Shown: positions 27,844 to 38,489 of the stretch, piece by piece
Layout: each line of letters begins with the position of its first letter
Position numbering within the stretch: position 1 is the stretch's first letter
NCBI GenBank assembly: GCA_964368945.1
Contig: CAYJDM010000001.1
Coordinates: forward strand, 106,849-170,848
Direction: 5' to 3'
DNA: 64,000 nt
Source of the DNA: an uncultured Candidatus Saccharibacteria bacterium
GTDB lineage: Bacteria > Patescibacteriota > Minisyncoccia > Phycocordibacterales > CAIZLB01
The notes under the pieces: model-generated
The model's database searches: none
Seen by the model: the letters and a program-made list of their open reading frames with translations, nothing else
What the model was told of the DNA's origin: nothing
Position numbers and translations under genes: made by a program

Positions 27844-30381
27844 ATGGCAAAAACAAACGGCAAAGGCAGCGATAAGGAAAAATCAGAAAACTCAAAGGAG
27901 CCGATACAGCATACTGATGGCTCGACGACGAATGAAGCGGGCAATGACCGAATGGTCACGCGAAGCCTCGTCACAGAAATGCGAGAATCGTTCATCGACT
28001 ATGCCATGTCGGTTATTACGGATCGAGCATTGCCGGATATTCGAGATGGAATGAAGCCCGTGCATCGACGAATCATGTATTCGATGTATCAGAAGCGGCT
28101 TTTTTCTTCTGCCAAATTCGTAAAGTGCGCCACGGTTGTCGGAGACGTGATGGGTAATTACCATCCTCATGGAGACTCATCTATCTATCAGGCCCTCGTG
28201 AATATGGGGCAGGATTTCTCGACGCGATATCCGCTCGTTTTCGGACAGGGTAACTTCGGTAATATCGATGGAGATCCAGCTGCCGCGATGCGATATACCG
28301 AATGTAAGATGGCGCGAATCTCTACGGAATTGCTCCGCGATATCGAGAAGCAGACGGTAAATATGCTTCCTAACTACGATGGTTCAAAGAAAGAGCCATC
28401 TGTCTTGCCGGCCGCTGTTCCTAACTTGCTCCTCAATGGAGTATTGGGAATCGCCGTGGGTATGGCGACGAACATCCCTCCTCACAATCTTGGGGAGGTT
28501 CTCGATGCCACTATTCATCTCATTGATAATGAGGATGCGACATCGACTGATCTTTTGCAATTCGTAAAGGGTCCGGATTTCCCGACGGGAGGCATCGCAT
28601 ATGGAGGCGCAGAGCTCGGTCAGGCATATAGCCATGGACGAGGAGGCGTCGTCGTTCGAGGCGAGGCAGAAATCATCGAGGAAAAGGCTGGACAGGCAAA
28701 GATCGTCATCACTTCTATCCCATATAAGGTAAATAAATCTTCTCTCATCGAGAATATCGCTCAGCTCGTTCAGGATAAAAAGCTCGAAGGCATCCGAGAT
28801 CTCCGGGACGAATCTACCAAGGATATCCGTGTCGTCGTAGAGCTCAAGAATGGCGCATACCCTCAGAATGTTTTGAACTATTTGTATAAGCATACGCAGC
28901 TCGAGACCACATTCAATTACAATATGGTCGCGCTTGTAGACGGTACGCCGATGACCGTTTCTCTCAAGACCATTCTCGAGGAATTCATCAAGCACCGAAA
29001 GGAAATCATCCGACGACGAACTGAATTCGATCTTGCCAAGGCAAAGGATCGAGAGCATATCTTGCTCGGCCTCAAGAAGGCGCTCGATCATATCGATGCC
29101 ATCATCAAGCTCATCAAGGCTTCAAAGGATACTCCTACGGCGCATATGAATTTGATGAAGGAATTCAAATTCTCTGATCGACAGGCGACTGCGATCTTGG
29201 AAATGAAGCTCCAGAAGCTTGCCGGCCTCGAGCGAAAGAAGATCGAAGACGAATTGAAGGCGGTCCAGGCTTTCATCAAGGAATGCGAAGACATTCTCAA
29301 GAGCCCGAAGCGAGTTCTCGGCATCATCAAGACCGAGCTCGATGAGATCCGAACGAAGTATGCTGACCCTCGAAAGACGCGCATGATCAAGGGCGCCGTC
29401 AAGAATCTCTCCATCGAAGACGTGATCCCAGATGAGGAAAGCGTTCTCGTCCTCACATCAGGCGGATATATCAAGCGAACCGATCCTGAGGAATACCGCA
29501 AGCAGAAGCGAGGCGGTGTAGGCGTCGTCGATTTGGATACAAAGGAAGAGGATTTCATCACGCATCTCATCACTGCCACTACGCATAGCGATCTATTGTT
29601 CTTTACCGATAAGGGCAAGGCATATCAGATCAAGATGTATGAAATCCCAGAAGGAAAGCGAGCCACGAAGGGCAAGGCCATCATCAATTTCCTTTCACTC
29701 GCTCCAGATGAAAAGGTGACTTCCGTTTTGCCTATGCCAAAGGAAATCAAGAAGGCGCGATCAGGCGATGAAAGCCCGCTTTCATTATTCCTCGTCACAA
29801 AGCAGGGAACTGGAAAGAAGGTCGCAGCAGAAAGCTTCCATGATGTGCGAAGGAGCGGAATCATCGCGATCCGACTCGAAGCGAAGGATGAGCTCGTATC
29901 AGCATCATTCGTCGAGCGAGGCGATAGCGTCATGGTTGTCTCATCAGATGGCCAGTCTATCCGATTCGATGAAGGCGATGTTCGAGAAATGGGCCGAGCT
30001 GCCGGAGGCGTACGAGTCATGAAGCTCGATCCTAAGGTTGCAGTAGTAGGCGCCGATACCATCAAGAAGGGCGGAACGAAAGCAGAAGTCCTCATCGTAT
30101 CCGCGAATGGATATGGAAAGAAGACTCCTATGTCCGAATACAAGATCCAGGGCCGAGGCGGCTCAGGAATCAAGACTGTCAAAGTCACTGACAAGACCGG
30201 AGATCTCATCTCTGCCAAAGTCGTCACCGAAGAAACGGAAGAAGTCGTAGCGATCTCAAAGCGAAGCCAGGTAATCCGATGCGGAGTCAGCGAAATTCCA
30301 TCACTCGGCCGAGATACTCAGGGCGTGCGCGTCATGAAATTGCGAGAAGGCGATTCGATTGCGTCGCTGATCTGTTTGTGA
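27844..30381 (+). CDS. gyrA: DNA gyrase subunit A
   Basis: [21 protein letters not shown] active-site region with the catalytic Tyr; C-terminal beta-pinwheel repeats; 845 aa. Confidence 0.95.
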   Translation: MAKTNGKGSDKEKSENSKEPIQHTDGSTTNEAGNDRMVTRSLVTEMRESFIDYAMSVITDRALPDIRDGMKPVHRRIMYSMYQKRLFSSAKFVKCATVVGDVMGNYHPHGDSSIYQALVNMGQDFSTRYPLVFGQGNFGNIDGDPAAAMRYTECKMARISTELLRDIEKQTVNMLPNYDGSKKEPSVLPAAVPNLLLNGVLGIAVGMATNIPPHNLGEVLDATIHLIDNEDATSTDLLQFVKGPDFPTGGIAYGGAELGQAYSHGRGGVVVRGEAEIIEEKAGQAKIVITSIPYKVNKSSLIENIAQLVQDKKLEGIRDLRDESTKDIRVVVELKNGAYPQNVLNYLYKHTQLETTFNYNMVALVDGTPMTVSLKTILEEFIKHRKEIIRRRTEFDLAKAKDREHILLGLKKALDHIDAIIKLIKASKDTPTAHMNLMKEFKFSDRQATAILEMKLQKLAGLERKKIEDELKAVQAFIKECEDILKSPKRVLGIIKTELDEIRTKYADPRKTRMIKGAVKNLSIEDVIPDEESVLVLTSGGYIKRTDPEEYRKQKRGGVGVVDLDTKEEDFITHLITATTHSDLLFFTDKGKAYQIKMYEIPEGKRATKGKAIINFLSLAPDEKVTSVLPMPKEIKKARSGDESPLSLFLVTKQGTGKKVAAESFHDVRRSGIIAIRLEAKDELVSASFVERGDSVMVVSSDGQSIRFDEGDVREMGRAAGGVRVMKLDPKVAVVGADTIKKGGTKAEVLIVSANGYGKKTPMSEYKIQGRGGSGIKTVKVTDKTGDLISAKVVTEETEEVVAISKRSQVIRCGVSEIPSLGRDTQGVRVMKLREGDSIASLICL

Positions 30382-30611
30382 TTTTTAAAAAAATAGGCCA
30401 AAGAGACAAAACAACCCTGTGAATAAGGGTTGTTTTGTTGCATGCTAAAACTCATCTAATAATTGACTTATATAATATATATGGTATACTTATATACGTA
30501 CAAGAACCTTGAATATGTTCCGTTTGCTCGCATCTTTCAGCGCTTAATCGAGCCTTGAAAGATGCGGGCAATATTGCAACCGCAGAAAACACCAACACCG
30601 ATACATAGAAA

Positions 30612-31019
30612 ATGAATATCATTTACGCCGAAGGCAATGACCGCCATGAATGGGCTTGCGCAGAGCTGGGAAGTGCATACCGACGCGTCCGCGGCATAAT
30701 CCAGAAAGTGGTCCGTGAATTCGAATCCGTTGGAGATGAAAGGACTCTCGTGATCGTCAACGGATGCCCTTGTTGTGATGAGAGCTCGCAAATTGCGCGC
30801 GCCCAACATCGTCTGCCGAACACCGTGCTGGTATCGCCGCTCTGCGGCATTGATCCCAGTGGGATGAAACGGATAGTGAGGATGGACAAATATCCTCCGT
30901 TTCGGGATGCCGGTGTGGACAGAGAATGTGCTACCGATGCGGAATATGAAACGGAGTGGAGGAATACGCTCACGAAAGCACTCTCCGTCGTCGAAGTTCC
31001 AGCAGATGCGGCAGCATGA
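30612..31019 (+). CDS. hypothetical Cys-rich protein on a GC-rich segment
   Basis: 135-aa ORF with NGCPCCDE; followed by a strong plus-strand terminator, which favours it over the overlapping minus-strand ORF 30537-31097. Confidence 0.35.
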   Translation: MNIIYAEGNDRHEWACAELGSAYRRVRGIIQKVVREFESVGDERTLVIVNGCPCCDESSQIARAQHRLPNTVLVSPLCGIDPSGMKRIVRMDKYPPFRDAGVDRECATDAEYETEWRNTLTKALSVVEVPADAAA

Positions 31020-31046
31020 CGTTTCTATCGAGTATCGTCTCGAACC

Positions 31047-31078
31047 GCCGACCCGTGACAGGGGTCGGCTTTTTTTTA
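31047..31078 (+). terminator. intrinsic terminator
   Basis: Stem gccgaccc/ggggtcggc with a gtgaca loop, followed by T8. Confidence 0.65.
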
Positions 31079-31136
31079 TATAAAAATTCACAAACAAATA
31101 AACATCGGACGGAAAATACGCTATACTTAAAATCTC

Positions 31137-32981
31137 ATGAGCTCCTCAGCAATACAAACAGAGACTGGCGCATCGAAGACAGATGCAAAGAAGCCAGCAA
31201 GTCCTCTAAAAAATCTAATACGATCGATCCGTCTCATCAATCAGCATGATAAGCGGTATTTGATCGTTGAAATGAGCCTGCGCCTTGTCACCGGCGTTCT
31301 GCCTTTCGTACTCGTCTGGTATTCCGCATTGTTCATCAATAAAGTCACGACTGGGACTTTCACCAGCGTATTCGATCCGGCCCTCTTATCGGTGGTCATC
31401 ATATATATAACCTTGCCATTCTTCAGCGAGACTGCGCGAGTGATACAGCAGACATTCCGTCAGAAGTTCTATATATTCTTTCGGCAATGGTTCGATATTT
31501 CTTTGATGGAAAAAAAGACCCTCGTCGATATCCAAACATATGAAAACCCCGCATTCAGGGACAGGATGGCAAAAGTGGGCGAAAATTCATATAAGCTGAA
31601 CAATACTGTCGATTGGTTTTTCGATATTTGGGAATATGGAATCAAGGCGATTATCGCTATTTCCATCGTCGTCGCATACAAATGGTGGGTCGCTCTCATC
31701 CTGCTCGCGGCATTGCTGCCGGATATGTATGTGGAAAGAAAATACGGCCATCGCATATGGGGAATTTGGGATGCAAAGGCATCGATCAAGCGTCGATACT
31801 ATGAAGCGTCATCGCATTTCGAAAAGGCATCTGATCTGATCGAGATGAAAGTGTCTGGGACGAAGAATTTTCTCATAAGGACCCTACAATCCCTCGCTTC
31901 TCAGTTCAATAATGAGAGCAGAAAGAATGAGAATAAGCGAATGTATCTCAAGATCGGCACGACGGTTGTGATTTCTGCTGCAATGGCAGCCATCGTGCTC
32001 ATCATTATGAGCGATTTGATCAGCGGCTTGCTTGCCATCGGTACATTCGTCTTCATCCTGAGCAGTATGGGCGGATTGCGGGCGGATCTCAGCGAAATGC
32101 TACGCGGCGTCAGCACATTGAGCGCGGACAATCTTTTCGTCAATGATATCCATGAATTCCTCGCCACTGAAAATGTCCTCAAGAACGGAACGATCGCTCT
32201 CGATAGTCATACGCCCGGCATAGAATTCGAGGATGTCGCGTTTGCATATCCTGGCTCTGAGACAAGTACCGGCAAGAGCATCTTCGAAAAGATCAATTTC
32301 ATGATCAAGCCAGGCGAAAAGATCGCCATCGTAGGCGTAAATGGAGCAGGGAAGACGACGCTGACGAAATTGCTCATGCGTTTCTATGATCCTACGGGCG
32401 GAAGCGTGCGAATCGGTGGTCATGATGCTCGCACTATAGAGATTTCTTCATATTATAAAAAAATCGGCTATCTCTCACAGGAATATGACAAGTTCAAGAT
32501 GATTACCAAGGACGCTATTGGAATTGGCGATACATCAGGTCCGACTGATCTACCTCGAGTCATCGAAGCGGCAAAACGCGCCGGCGCCCATGAATTCATT
32601 CAGGAATGGCCGCATGCCTACGATACCCAGCTCGGAAATGAATTCGAAGGCGGCATACAGCCTTCTATCGGCCAGTGGCAAAAGCTGGCACTCGCGCGGC
32701 TCTTCTATCGCGATCCGCAGATCTGGATTCTCGATGAGCCAACCGCATCGATCGATTCTGTCGCGGAAATGGAGATATTCTCGGAGCTCGAGAATCTGCC
32801 TGATGACAAGACCGTCATATTGATTTCGCATCGCTTCAATACCGTAAAAAATGCCGACAAAATCATGGTCGTCGAGGACGGCCAGATCAAGGAATTCGGC
32901 AATCATGCGCATTTGATGGCAAAGGAGAATGGCGTATATCGCAAATTGTTCACATCGCAGAAGGATTCGTTTGCTGATTAG
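31137..32981 (+). CDS. ABC transporter, fused permease/ATP-binding protein (exporter type)
   Basis: N-terminal 6-TM domain; Walker A GVNGAGKTT; degenerate signature SIGQWQKLALAR; Walker B/D-loop ILDEPTASID. Confidence 0.85.
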   Translation: MSSSAIQTETGASKTDAKKPASPLKNLIRSIRLINQHDKRYLIVEMSLRLVTGVLPFVLVWYSALFINKVTTGTFTSVFDPALLSVVIIYITLPFFSETARVIQQTFRQKFYIFFRQWFDISLMEKKTLVDIQTYENPAFRDRMAKVGENSYKLNNTVDWFFDIWEYGIKAIIAISIVVAYKWWVALILLAALLPDMYVERKYGHRIWGIWDAKASIKRRYYEASSHFEKASDLIEMKVSGTKNFLIRTLQSLASQFNNESRKNENKRMYLKIGTTVVISAAMAAIVLIIMSDLISGLLAIGTFVFILSSMGGLRADLSEMLRGVSTLSADNLFVNDIHEFLATENVLKNGTIALDSHTPGIEFEDVAFAYPGSETSTGKSIFEKINFMIKPGEKIAIVGVNGAGKTTLTKLLMRFYDPTGGSVRIGGHDARTIEISSYYKKIGYLSQEYDKFKMITKDAIGIGDTSGPTDLPRVIEAAKRAGAHEFIQEWPHAYDTQLGNEFEGGIQPSIGQWQKLALARLFYRDPQIWILDEPTASIDSVAEMEIFSELENLPDDKTVILISHRFNTVKNADKIMVVEDGQIKEFGNHAHLMAKENGVYRKLFTSQKDSFAD

Positions 32982-33021
32982 TGGTACAATACAAAACACA
33001 ACTTCGCTCTCATTCATATAT

Positions 33022-34329
33022 ATGAAATCAACTTTCAGCACATTTCAACTCGTAGTACTCATCTTCTTTATCTTCATCGGAATCGCCGGCGTCGTAGTAT
33101 TCGCTGGATTCGGCGGCACGAGCAAAGATCATGTTCCGGAAGCCGTTATTTGGGGTACGGTGCCGAATGCAACAGTCAATGAAGTGGTGCGCTTGATCAA
33201 TATTGAGAAAACAGTCATCAAGGTGACATATCAGCAGATCGCTCCCGAAAGCTTTCGCTCTACATTCGTGAATGCGCTAGCTGAAGGCAAGGGTCCTGAT
33301 ATCGTTCTCCTTTCCGATGATCTACTGTATGCAGAAGGCAATAAGCTCAGCCCTGTGCCGTATACCGTTTTTACCCAGAGAGATTATGCGGATACATATA
33401 TAAATGCGGCTGATCAGTTCATGGTCTCAAATGGAGTTCTCGGCGTGCCATTCAGCGTCGATCCTATCGCCATGTATTGGAATCGCAGCATATTTGCTAC
33501 GGAAGGAATCGCGAGCCCTCCTCGAACCTGGGATGAATTGCAGAAATTGGTGCCGAAGCTCACGCGACTCAATGATAGCAAGGGGATAGTGCGAAGCGGC
33601 GTGGCTCTCGGAGAAGTTCGAAATATTTCCGATGCAAAGGAAATCCTCGCTTCAATGCTCATGCAGAAGGGCAATACGATAACCGCTATCGATCCTCAGA
33701 CTAATGCAATCGTTTCGACGCTCGATAGGGCCGGTGCTGACAATTCATTCACTGCCGCTCAGGTTATCAGCCTCTATACATCATTCGCTGATCCTACCAG
33801 CCCTAATTATTCTTGGAGCCGATCGATGCCTGATTCTCGCAAGGCATTTCTGTCTGGCGATGTAGGCATGTATTTCGGCTATGTCAGCGATTTCGAGGCT
33901 CTTCGCCGAGAGAACCCGAACCTCGACTTCGATGTCGCGCCCATACCGCAATTCGATGATCGATTCAGCGCCACATATGGAAGGATTACGGCTTTCTCTG
34001 TCACGCGCAGGGTTACGAATGCCATGGACGCATATAATGTAATAGCAAAAATGACATCGGCCGCAGCTCAGAAGAATTGGGTGGAGCTGACAAAGATGCC
34101 GCCCGTGCGCAAGGATTTGCTCCAGGAAACGCCTAGCGACAAATATCTATCGACATTCTATCGAGCTGCCATCCAGACCCAGACTTGGTTCGATCCGGAT
34201 CCTGCATATTCGTCTACGATCTTCCGCGACATGGTAGAATCTATTACATCAGGCAAGACGCAGCCGTCGGATGCCATCAGCAATGCCAAGCAGCGACTCG
34301 ATATGCTCCTGCAAGGCATAAAATCATAA
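33022..34329 (+). CDS. extracellular solute-binding protein (family 1-like), membrane anchored
   Basis: N-terminal TM/signal anchor (start at the Met at 33022), then a roughly 400-aa alpha/beta domain with periplasmic-binding-protein-like pattern; weak call. Confidence 0.45.
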   Translation: MKSTFSTFQLVVLIFFIFIGIAGVVVFAGFGGTSKDHVPEAVIWGTVPNATVNEVVRLINIEKTVIKVTYQQIAPESFRSTFVNALAEGKGPDIVLLSDDLLYAEGNKLSPVPYTVFTQRDYADTYINAADQFMVSNGVLGVPFSVDPIAMYWNRSIFATEGIASPPRTWDELQKLVPKLTRLNDSKGIVRSGVALGEVRNISDAKEILASMLMQKGNTITAIDPQTNAIVSTLDRAGADNSFTAAQVISLYTSFADPTSPNYSWSRSMPDSRKAFLSGDVGMYFGYVSDFEALRRENPNLDFDVAPIPQFDDRFSATYGRITAFSVTRRVTNAMDAYNVIAKMTSAAAQKNWVELTKMPPVRKDLLQETPSDKYLSTFYRAAIQTQTWFDPDPAYSSTIFRDMVESITSGKTQPSDAISNAKQRLDMLLQGIKS

Positions 34330-34346
34330 TCAATAATCCGAAATAC

Positions 34347-34787
34347 ATGAAATTCGCAATCAAATTCAGACTAACATCAGCCGCGGCACGATTAGGGATG
34401 CTCGCGATCGTATTCGGATTCGCACTCTCGCTATTCGTACCGCACCATGATGCATTGGCTCAGTCAGGAGTTCTCAAGACCAAATTCACCATTCCTGCAT
34501 ATTGCAATCAGCCCCAGACTGAATGCGGGTGGGTGCAGCTGGTGCAGCTCGGAACAGAAATCCTTTCATTCGGCGTATATATCGCCATTCTCGGAGCGAC
34601 AGCGGTTATCGTCCTTGCTGGATGGAAAATCCTGACAGCTGGCGGCGATGAAGGGGCGGTCAAGACGGGCAAGAAAATGCTTTGGGCATCTATCGTCGGA
34701 ATCATCGTGACCATGTCGGCATATATGCTCGTTCAATTCGTTCTGACGAAGCTCGGCGTGATATCCGGAATTCGTTTGTTCATTTAG
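34347..34787 (+). CDS. VirB2/TrbC-like T4SS-pilin-domain protein, paralog A
   Basis: Signal peptide, a short Cys-containing segment, then a two-helix module (LAGWKILTAGGDEGAVKTGKKMLWASIVGIIVTMSAYMLVQFVL) shared with the next five genes. Confidence 0.55.
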   Translation: MKFAIKFRLTSAAARLGMLAIVFGFALSLFVPHHDALAQSGVLKTKFTIPAYCNQPQTECGWVQLVQLGTEILSFGVYIAILGATAVIVLAGWKILTAGGDEGAVKTGKKMLWASIVGIIVTMSAYMLVQFVLTKLGVISGIRLFI

Positions 34788-34825
34788 TTTGCAGTTTGAT
34801 ATACTTATTAAAAAAGCGCACAATC

Positions 34826-35827
34826 ATGGCCAATATAACCAAAACAAAACAGGAGAGGGTACCAATCTTATTCGCGCTCGGTCTTGTTCTGGTCTTGGCA
34901 TTGATTGCGATCACGCTTGTCGCTCCGAACGCAAAGCTGGCATTCAGAGGCGTCATTCTGGATGGAAAAGCACAAGTTCCTGATGCATGGAAAGTTGGCG
35001 CTACGGCCGATGCTCCGTTGGGCTCAATCGATAATCCGCTGCCTTACGACGGTGACAATAGTTTTTTTGACGAATCTGTATATGTGATCAATCCGGATGC
35101 CGATCAATTCAGCTCTGTAAACCTGGGCGATTATTTCAGCAATGAAGGCTATGTCGATGGGCCATTGTCAAATTCTTCCGTGTCATTATCTTCCTCCAGG
35201 AATACCTATTATGATCCTTTCAATACGTATTTTTCTGGCGGCAATTCGTCAATGAGCTCAACGGAGAACTTTTACGCTGGATCAGCCGTCACCACTCCTT
35301 CTACTGCTTCTCAGGCGCAATCAGCGGCAAATTCCGTGGGCAATGCGGTCAATTCGGCTTTTGGCTCGGTATTCGGCAATGGCACTGGCGGCGGGGCGGC
35401 TGGATCTGCTGGCACGGCGGGCACTCAGTCAACTGCCGGATCGGCTGTTTTGGCAGGAAATACTTCGGGCAATTTCTCGGCGCCAACGTCTGCAGCTGGA
35501 AAAAATACCGGCGTTAATAAAGCAGCGGCAACTGCGGTGAATTGTACCGGAACGGCATGCCAGTTCCAGAATCCTCTAGGAACGAAAAACAGCTCGCTGG
35601 ATATTTTTCTCAATAGCATCCTCGATGTCATCATCCTCATCGGAGGAATAGTCGTGGTAATCATGATCATCCTTGCTGGCCTCAAATATGTCACGGCTCA
35701 AGGAGATGAAAGCAAGATCGAATCTGCGCATAAGCAGCTTACATGGACGGTTGTCGGCGCAGGAATCCTCCTTGGAGCGAAAGTGATCGCTCTGGTCATC
35801 CAAAATACAGTCAAGGCTTTAACATAA
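34826..35827 (+). CDS. VirB2/TrbC-like pilin-domain protein with long low-complexity ectodomain, paralog B
   Basis: N-terminal signal anchor; roughly 230-aa S/G/A/T/N-rich region; C-terminal pilin module LAGLKYVTAQGDESKIESAHKQLTWTVVGAGILLGAKVIALVIQNTV. Confidence 0.55.
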   Translation: MANITKTKQERVPILFALGLVLVLALIAITLVAPNAKLAFRGVILDGKAQVPDAWKVGATADAPLGSIDNPLPYDGDNSFFDESVYVINPDADQFSSVNLGDYFSNEGYVDGPLSNSSVSLSSSRNTYYDPFNTYFSGGNSSMSSTENFYAGSAVTTPSTASQAQSAANSVGNAVNSAFGSVFGNGTGGGAAGSAGTAGTQSTAGSAVLAGNTSGNFSAPTSAAGKNTGVNKAAATAVNCTGTACQFQNPLGTKNSSLDIFLNSILDVIILIGGIVVVIMIILAGLKYVTAQGDESKIESAHKQLTWTVVGAGILLGAKVIALVIQNTVKALT

Positions 35828-35850
35828 AATAACCCCTTAACCACAAACCC

Positions 35851-36126
35851 ATGTCATCAAATAGCTTCGAAGGATTGGTAGGAAAGATCTATAGCATGCT
35901 GTCGAGCCTCGTGCCGCTCATTATCGGGCTTACCGTCGTCGTCTTCCTCTGGGGCATCTTTCAGCTCGTGCGAAGCAATAGCGAGGATACACGCGCTGAT
36001 GCCATCAAGGTCATCACATTCGGCGTAGTGGCGCTTTTCATCATGGTATCGGTATGGGGCTTCGTCGCCTTGCTCAATAGCACTATTTTCGGAGGGAGCC
36101 AGATCTATATCCCACAGCTCCGATAG
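35851..36126 (+). CDS. VirB2/TrbC-like pilin-domain protein, paralog C
   Basis: 91 aa; two TM helices around the loop RSNSEDTRADAIK; motif FLWGIF ... FGVVALFIMVSVWG. Confidence 0.55.
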   Translation: MSSNSFEGLVGKIYSMLSSLVPLIIGLTVVVFLWGIFQLVRSNSEDTRADAIKVITFGVVALFIMVSVWGFVALLNSTIFGGSQIYIPQLR

Positions 36127-36141
36127 TTTTAATAAAAAAAC

Positions 36142-36426
36142 ATGAATACGCTCCAATCGCTCATCCTCCAGTTCGCGAATTTTCTCAATAGGCTGGTGCC
36201 ATTCATCATCGCGCTTACTCTGCTCGTCTTCCTATGGAGCATATTCAAGCTCGTTTTGACCAGCAATGAGGATGCGCGCAAGGAAGCGATCAAGCTGATC
36301 ACATTCGGAGTCGTAGCCTTATTCGTGATGGTCTCGGTATGGGGCTTGGTCAATATCCTTGTATCCACATTGAAGCTGCAGAACAATGCGAATATTCAAC
36401 AAGGCCCTGGCGTTCCTCGTTTTTAG
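36142..36426 (+). CDS. VirB2/TrbC-like pilin-domain protein, paralog D
   Basis: 94 aa; very similar to paralog C (FLWSIFKLVLTSNEDARKEAIKLITFGVVALFVMVSVWG). Confidence 0.55.
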   Translation: MNTLQSLILQFANFLNRLVPFIIALTLLVFLWSIFKLVLTSNEDARKEAIKLITFGVVALFVMVSVWGLVNILVSTLKLQNNANIQQGPGVPRF

Positions 36427-36513
36427 TGTATAATTATCTGGTGACTTGTTTAGAGTCTATTCAAGACTCAGTGGTCGCTTATCAATTTAAATAAACAACA
36501 ACTACTTTCATTT

Positions 36514-36909
36514 ATGAAAAAAGCGTCATCAAAGGCCGGATTGCTTGGCCTGACTCTCGCCTTGGTACTTCTTCCGAATTTCGTATCGGCACAGAGCGTC
36601 GGACTAGGAGGCTTGCTCGGACTTCTCGCGCAGGCGAATGATTTGATCAACCGATTGATTCCGTTCATCATCGCCCTTACCATCCTTATCTTCCTTTGGG
36701 GAGTCTTCAAATTCGTCTTCTCAGGAGGAGATGGAGAGCAGCGAAAGGAGGCTCAGGGGTATATGATCTGGGGTATCATCGCTTTATTCGTCATGGTTTC
36801 AGTATGGGGCTTGGTAAACATCCTCGTTCGAAGCTTCAACCTCGACAATACGGCGCCCGCAGCGCCAGCGCTTCCTTCTCCGGCTGGAACATTCGTTCCG
36901 ACTCGATAG
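36514..36909 (+). CDS. VirB2/TrbC-like pilin-domain protein with cleavable signal peptide, paralog E
   Basis: 131 aa; signal peptide MKKASSKAGLLGLTLALVLLPNFVSAQS; pilin module FLWGVFKFVFSGGDGEQRKEAQGYMIWGIIALFVMVSVWG; proline-rich tail. Confidence 0.55.
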   Translation: MKKASSKAGLLGLTLALVLLPNFVSAQSVGLGGLLGLLAQANDLINRLIPFIIALTILIFLWGVFKFVFSGGDGEQRKEAQGYMIWGIIALFVMVSVWGLVNILVRSFNLDNTAPAAPALPSPAGTFVPTR

Positions 36910-36923
36910 TTCAAACTTAGAAT

Positions 36924-37220
36924 ATGCAAACCAATAGCACTGCCATCGATTTCATCCATAAGGTGAATTCGGTCATCGTCAATCCGCTCATACGCCTCGT
37001 ATTTCTCGTAGCACTCGTTTACTTCCTCTGGGGAGTATTCGGATATGTGCGCAATAGCGACAGCGAGGAGGCGCGCGCTACCGGACGAAGGCATATGCTT
37101 TGGGGCATCGTGGGAATGTTCGTCATGATCTCGGTATTCGCAATCATGGCATTCATCCTCAATACCGTCGGTGTTTCTCCTACGACGGGACAGATCAATA
37201 CGGTCATTCCGCTGCAGTAG
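36924..37220 (+). CDS. VirB2/TrbC-like pilin-domain protein, paralog F
   Basis: 98 aa; FLWGVFGYVRNSDSEEARATGRRHMLWGIVGMFVMISVFA. Confidence 0.5.
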   Translation: MQTNSTAIDFIHKVNSVIVNPLIRLVFLVALVYFLWGVFGYVRNSDSEEARATGRRHMLWGIVGMFVMISVFAIMAFILNTVGVSPTTGQINTVIPLQ

Positions 37221-37354
37221 GGCGGGAAGGGGCCTTAGGCGGCCGCCCAGGGCAATACAGCGCCATATCGGGCTCTCTACGGACGATAGCAAGCAAAAGA
37301 AAAGGCATTCCGCGAGGGGTGCTTTTTCTCTTTATTTGATATACTGAATACACT

Positions 37355-38212
37355 ATGAGCAAAGAAATCCTGTCCATGAATCTAGGAATTGAAGAAAATC
37401 CAGCAGATTCAGCTGAAGCTTCTGCTAATGCAGATATCGATGCTTTGCCAAGCATGCCGGTTTTTGAGCATGGCAGCGTAGGAGTTGATGATACCGAAGG
37501 CCTTCCTGACGATCTCCTTTCTTCTAAAGAAAAAAGAGCAAGAGAGATCCATCATATTAGAGAGGCCCTCGAAAAGGCATCCAGCCATGAACCGATCGAT
37601 GAGGAAAAAAAGGCTGCGATAAAGGCGAATGTGAATATGATCATGCCCAAGCTCGGCCTTCCACCCATGAAAACGCTCAAGGTACCAGATGAGCAGTTCG
37701 GCGAGACGGAACCGCTTAGAATGAATGGTCCGGTGAATATCCTCATGGTAGATAATGAGCCTCTTACCATAATAGACTTGATCACGCCGCTGAGCGTCGT
37801 AAGCGAGGGTCATCTGGATGTTTTTATCCAGACAAGGGAAAGCGCGCGAGAAGTTGCCGAGAAGATAGCAGGCATGGACCCGCAGCCGGATATCATCGTG
37901 ATGGATTATGATCTCGCCGGCATAATGGGGGATGAGGTTATCGCCGAGCTCAAGGGCCTTGGCGTGAAATCTCATATTGTCGGAAGATCGGGCAATGAGG
38001 CAGCGATCCTCGACTTCTTGAAATACAATGTGCCGATTGCATTCTATAAGCCTCGAGATTGCGATATCGATGAGGAGATGGCCTTTCTCGCTGAATTGTA
38101 TGATGATAGAAATGCGAAGTTTCTTGATCCGAAAATCGCAGAAGGCCTTGTATATGATGAGCCTATCGAAGGCCGTCCTAAGGAAGGGGACGAAGAGAAG
38201 GTTGGGGAATAA
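37355..38212 (+). CDS. orphan response-regulator receiver-domain protein with acidic N-terminal extension
   Basis: C-terminal CheY-like REC pattern (ILMVDNEP ... DIIVMDYDLAGIMGDEVIAELK ... PIAFYKP); no output domain seen. Confidence 0.5.
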   Translation: MSKEILSMNLGIEENPADSAEASANADIDALPSMPVFEHGSVGVDDTEGLPDDLLSSKEKRAREIHHIREALEKASSHEPIDEEKKAAIKANVNMIMPKLGLPPMKTLKVPDEQFGETEPLRMNGPVNILMVDNEPLTIIDLITPLSVVSEGHLDVFIQTRESAREVAEKIAGMDPQPDIIVMDYDLAGIMGDEVIAELKGLGVKSHIVGRSGNEAAILDFLKYNVPIAFYKPRDCDIDEEMAFLAELYDDRNAKFLDPKIAEGLVYDEPIEGRPKEGDEEKVGE

Positions 38213-38233
38213 AAAGAATGTCCTTGCCCACAA

Positions 38234-38270
38234 AATAAAAAGGCCTCCGTTCTGGAGGCCTTTTTATTTT
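38234..38270. terminator. bidirectional terminator between the receiver gene and tRNA-Leu
   Basis: Stem aggcctcc/ggaggcct flanked by A-run and T-run. Confidence 0.6.
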
Positions 38271-38271
38271 G

Positions 38272-38353
38272 TGGGCAAGGAGGGACTCGAACCCTCAACC
38301 CTTACGGGACCAGTTCCTAAGACTGGCGCGTATACCAATTCCGCCACTTGCCC
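38272..38353 (-). tRNA. tRNA-Leu (anticodon TAG), class II with long variable arm
   Basis: Reverse complement gggcaagtggcggaattggtatacgcgccagtctTAGgaactgg + variable arm tcccgtaagggttga + gggttcgagtccctccttgccca. Confidence 0.85.
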
Positions 38354-38489
38354 AATATGTCTCGAACTTCACTATAATACACGAAATTAAGGCTTTTTCC
38401 AGTGTCTCCAACACCCTTCCGAAAGGGCTTTGAAAATCTTCATTTATTTGCTAGGATGGTCTCTGTGCTTTCAAACGGCATTTAAAAAA

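Noticed and set aside
30537-31097. 186-aa minus-strand ORF overlapping the 30612-31019 plus ORF
   Set aside because: A strong plus-strand intrinsic terminator (31047-31078) immediately follows the plus ORF. The minus ORF would start inside that terminator. Both remain low confidence.
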